64,000 nucleotides of DNA. Source: Candidatus Latescibacterota bacterium. Lineage in GTDB: Bacteria > Latescibacterota > UBA2968 > UBA8231. Below are positions 62,530 through 64,000 of the stretch, in pieces. The stretch spans positions 992,001 to 1,056,000 of the forward strand of contig OZ220089.1 of the NCBI GenBank assembly GCA_964291625.2, given 5' to 3'. Below the pieces are notes generated by a model. It saw only the letters and a list, made by a program, of their open reading frames with translations, ran no database searches and was not told the origin of the DNA. Each line of letters begins with the position of its first letter. The first letter of the stretch is position 1. A program made the position numbers and the translations under genes.

Positions 62530-63726
62530 ATGGCCAGGATCGTCGTCGGTTTCGAGGGAAGCTGTCCGCAGAGCGAGGAAGGCGTGCGGCCGGAGGGCGG
62601 CAACCGGTTCCGCGTCTTCCCCTCGTGGCGCCCGAGTCCGGGGATCAGCGAGGAAGCGGTCGGTCACAGCACCCGGCTGGGCCTGAGACTGGTGAACGAG
62701 TCGCCCGGGGCGGAGAGCGCCGTGCTCCTGGTGGACTGGCAGTACGACGAGGCGCCGCCCGACATGCCCAAGGGCCTGAGCCTGGACCGGTTCATGTCCT
62801 TCCGAGACTTCGTGGTCGTCCGCGAGCCGGGGCGCGAGTCCTGGCGAACCGTGATGGGGGACGTGGAGGGTTCGGTGGCCGCCTTCGAGGTGAGTCTGCC
62901 GCCGGGCGAGACGGAAGTCCACTGGCATCCGCCGTACACCTACACCCAGAGCGAGGCCTTCGTCGACTCCCTTCGGGGGCATCCCCGGGTGCAGGTCGAG
63001 CAGATCGGCGAGAGCGAGGAGGAGCGCCGCCTGCCGCTGCTGCGGATCACGGATTCAGGGCAACGGGAGAAGAGGCGCATGCTGATCGTCTCGCGCTTCC
63101 ACGCCTACGAGAGCGCCTCGAGCTATGCCGTGGAGGGCATGATCCAGTGGCTTCTGAGCGAGGATCCGTGGGCCGCCGCGGCGCTGCGGGGGTACGTCTT
63201 CTCCATCGCGCCCATGGCCAATCCCGATGGAGTGGTCAACGGCATGGGGCGCCTCACCGCCCCCCGGGGCGCGGACCTGATCATGTCGTCCACGGCGCCG
63301 GACAGGGCCCACCGGGCGCTCTGGGCGATGGTGGACCGCGTCCGGCCGCACTTCTTCATCGACCTGCACAACTGGCAGAACAAGCACAGCGATGGACTGT
63401 TGGGGCTGGAGCCCCGGCTGCGGGAGCGGTTCCTGAGGTTCATGCCGGACCAGGTGGAGTTCGGCAAGCACTGGCACATCCGGGAGCCCCGGCCGGTGAG
63501 CCCCACCCGGCCCGAACGCGAGCTGATGGGTGGATACTGCCGCCGCGAGTTCGGCGCCGGGGGGGTGGCCTTCGAGTTCCCCTGGTTCGGCCGAACGCCG
63601 GACGACGTTCGGGAGACCGGCCGCAGGGCGATCCGGGCCCTGCTGCGGGCCCTCGACGAGCCTTGTCCGGGGGTCTGGCTGTACGATCCCCCGGACAAGG
63701 GCTTTACCCTGAGCCCTTGTTGGTAG
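62530..63726 (+). CDS. M14-family zinc carboxypeptidase-like protein
   Basis: HAYE, NPDG, IDLH; GGAGGAGG SD. Confidence 0.75.
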   Translation: MARIVVGFEGSCPQSEEGVRPEGGNRFRVFPSWRPSPGISEEAVGHSTRLGLRLVNESPGAESAVLLVDWQYDEAPPDMPKGLSLDRFMSFRDFVVVREPGRESWRTVMGDVEGSVAAFEVSLPPGETEVHWHPPYTYTQSEAFVDSLRGHPRVQVEQIGESEEERRLPLLRITDSGQREKRRMLIVSRFHAYESASSYAVEGMIQWLLSEDPWAAAALRGYVFSIAPMANPDGVVNGMGRLTAPRGADLIMSSTAPDRAHRALWAMVDRVRPHFFIDLHNWQNKHSDGLLGLEPRLRERFLRFMPDQVEFGKHWHIREPRPVSPTRPERELMGGYCRREFGAGGVAFEFPWFGRTPDDVRETGRRAIRALLRALDEPCPGVWLYDPPDKGFTLSPCW

Positions 63727-63779
63727 ACCGTATCTCCCCGGTCGTCGAACGAATGCACGCGAGACTGCAGGCGCAGACG

Positions 63780-64000
63780 CTATACCAGCTCCGAGACCCG
63801 CTGCGACTTCTCCCAGCGCAGGGCGACTTCCTGGTCGATGCCGCAGAGCCAGTTCCAGGTGCGCATGCGCCGCACCCGGTCGCGGTAGGACTCGACCTCG
63901 GTCACGTAGGCCAGACGCGGGCGGTCGCGGTAGGCGGGGATCTCCGGCGAATCGCAGAGCCAGTCCCGCCGCGGTTCGGCGGTGCGGTGATAGGAGAACT
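63780..64000 (-). CDS. 3' end of a hypothetical protein running off the window
   Basis: Open frame with GC3-biased codons (FSYHRTAEPRRDWL...VSELV*), TAG at 63780-63782. Confidence 0.55.
   Translation of the reverse strand, partial: FSYHRTAEPRRDWLCDSPEIPAYRDRPRLAYVTEVESYRDRVRRMRTWNWLCGIDQEVALRWEKSQRVSELV

Overview
A GC-rich bacterial chromosomal window. TonB receptors, a DUF4249 lipoprotein, expanded M19 peptidases, sulfatase/PhyH genes and a Calx-beta autotransporter suggest an FCB-group diderm such as Latescibacterota or Gemmatimonadota, possibly host-associated; this is inference only. The window opens inside the tmRNA gene (tag ADDNSYALAA, CCA end at 287). A lower-GC islet follows, with a HEPN gene, an MNT gene carrying a HEPN-like tail, a decayed copy of the sulfatase/phyH junction found 5.3 kb downstream, and a truncated AbiEi antitoxin. 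Next come catabolic genes: YciI, an NCS2 permease fused to a degenerate anti-sigma-kinase-like domain, a DUF1857-like gene, a VOC dioxygenase, PhyH, a sulfatase, M19/M81 peptidases and a ZIP transporter. An envelope cluster follows (TonB receptor, DUF4249, AbrB-Doc TA, two POTRA-less Omp85 paralogues around an alpha/beta hydrolase, MFS), then a ~3100-aa Calx-beta autotransporter. The remainder holds an acyl-CoA synthetase, a TSP3-repeat protein, two more M19 peptidases, ilvBN, a frameshifted TonB receptor, ppdK, parAB, larB, mobA, cyoE, M20 and DapA-like genes, methyltransferases and an M14 peptidase. I saw no CRISPR array, integrase, transposase, rRNA or tRNA. All family calls come from motif recognition by eye; no database search was run.
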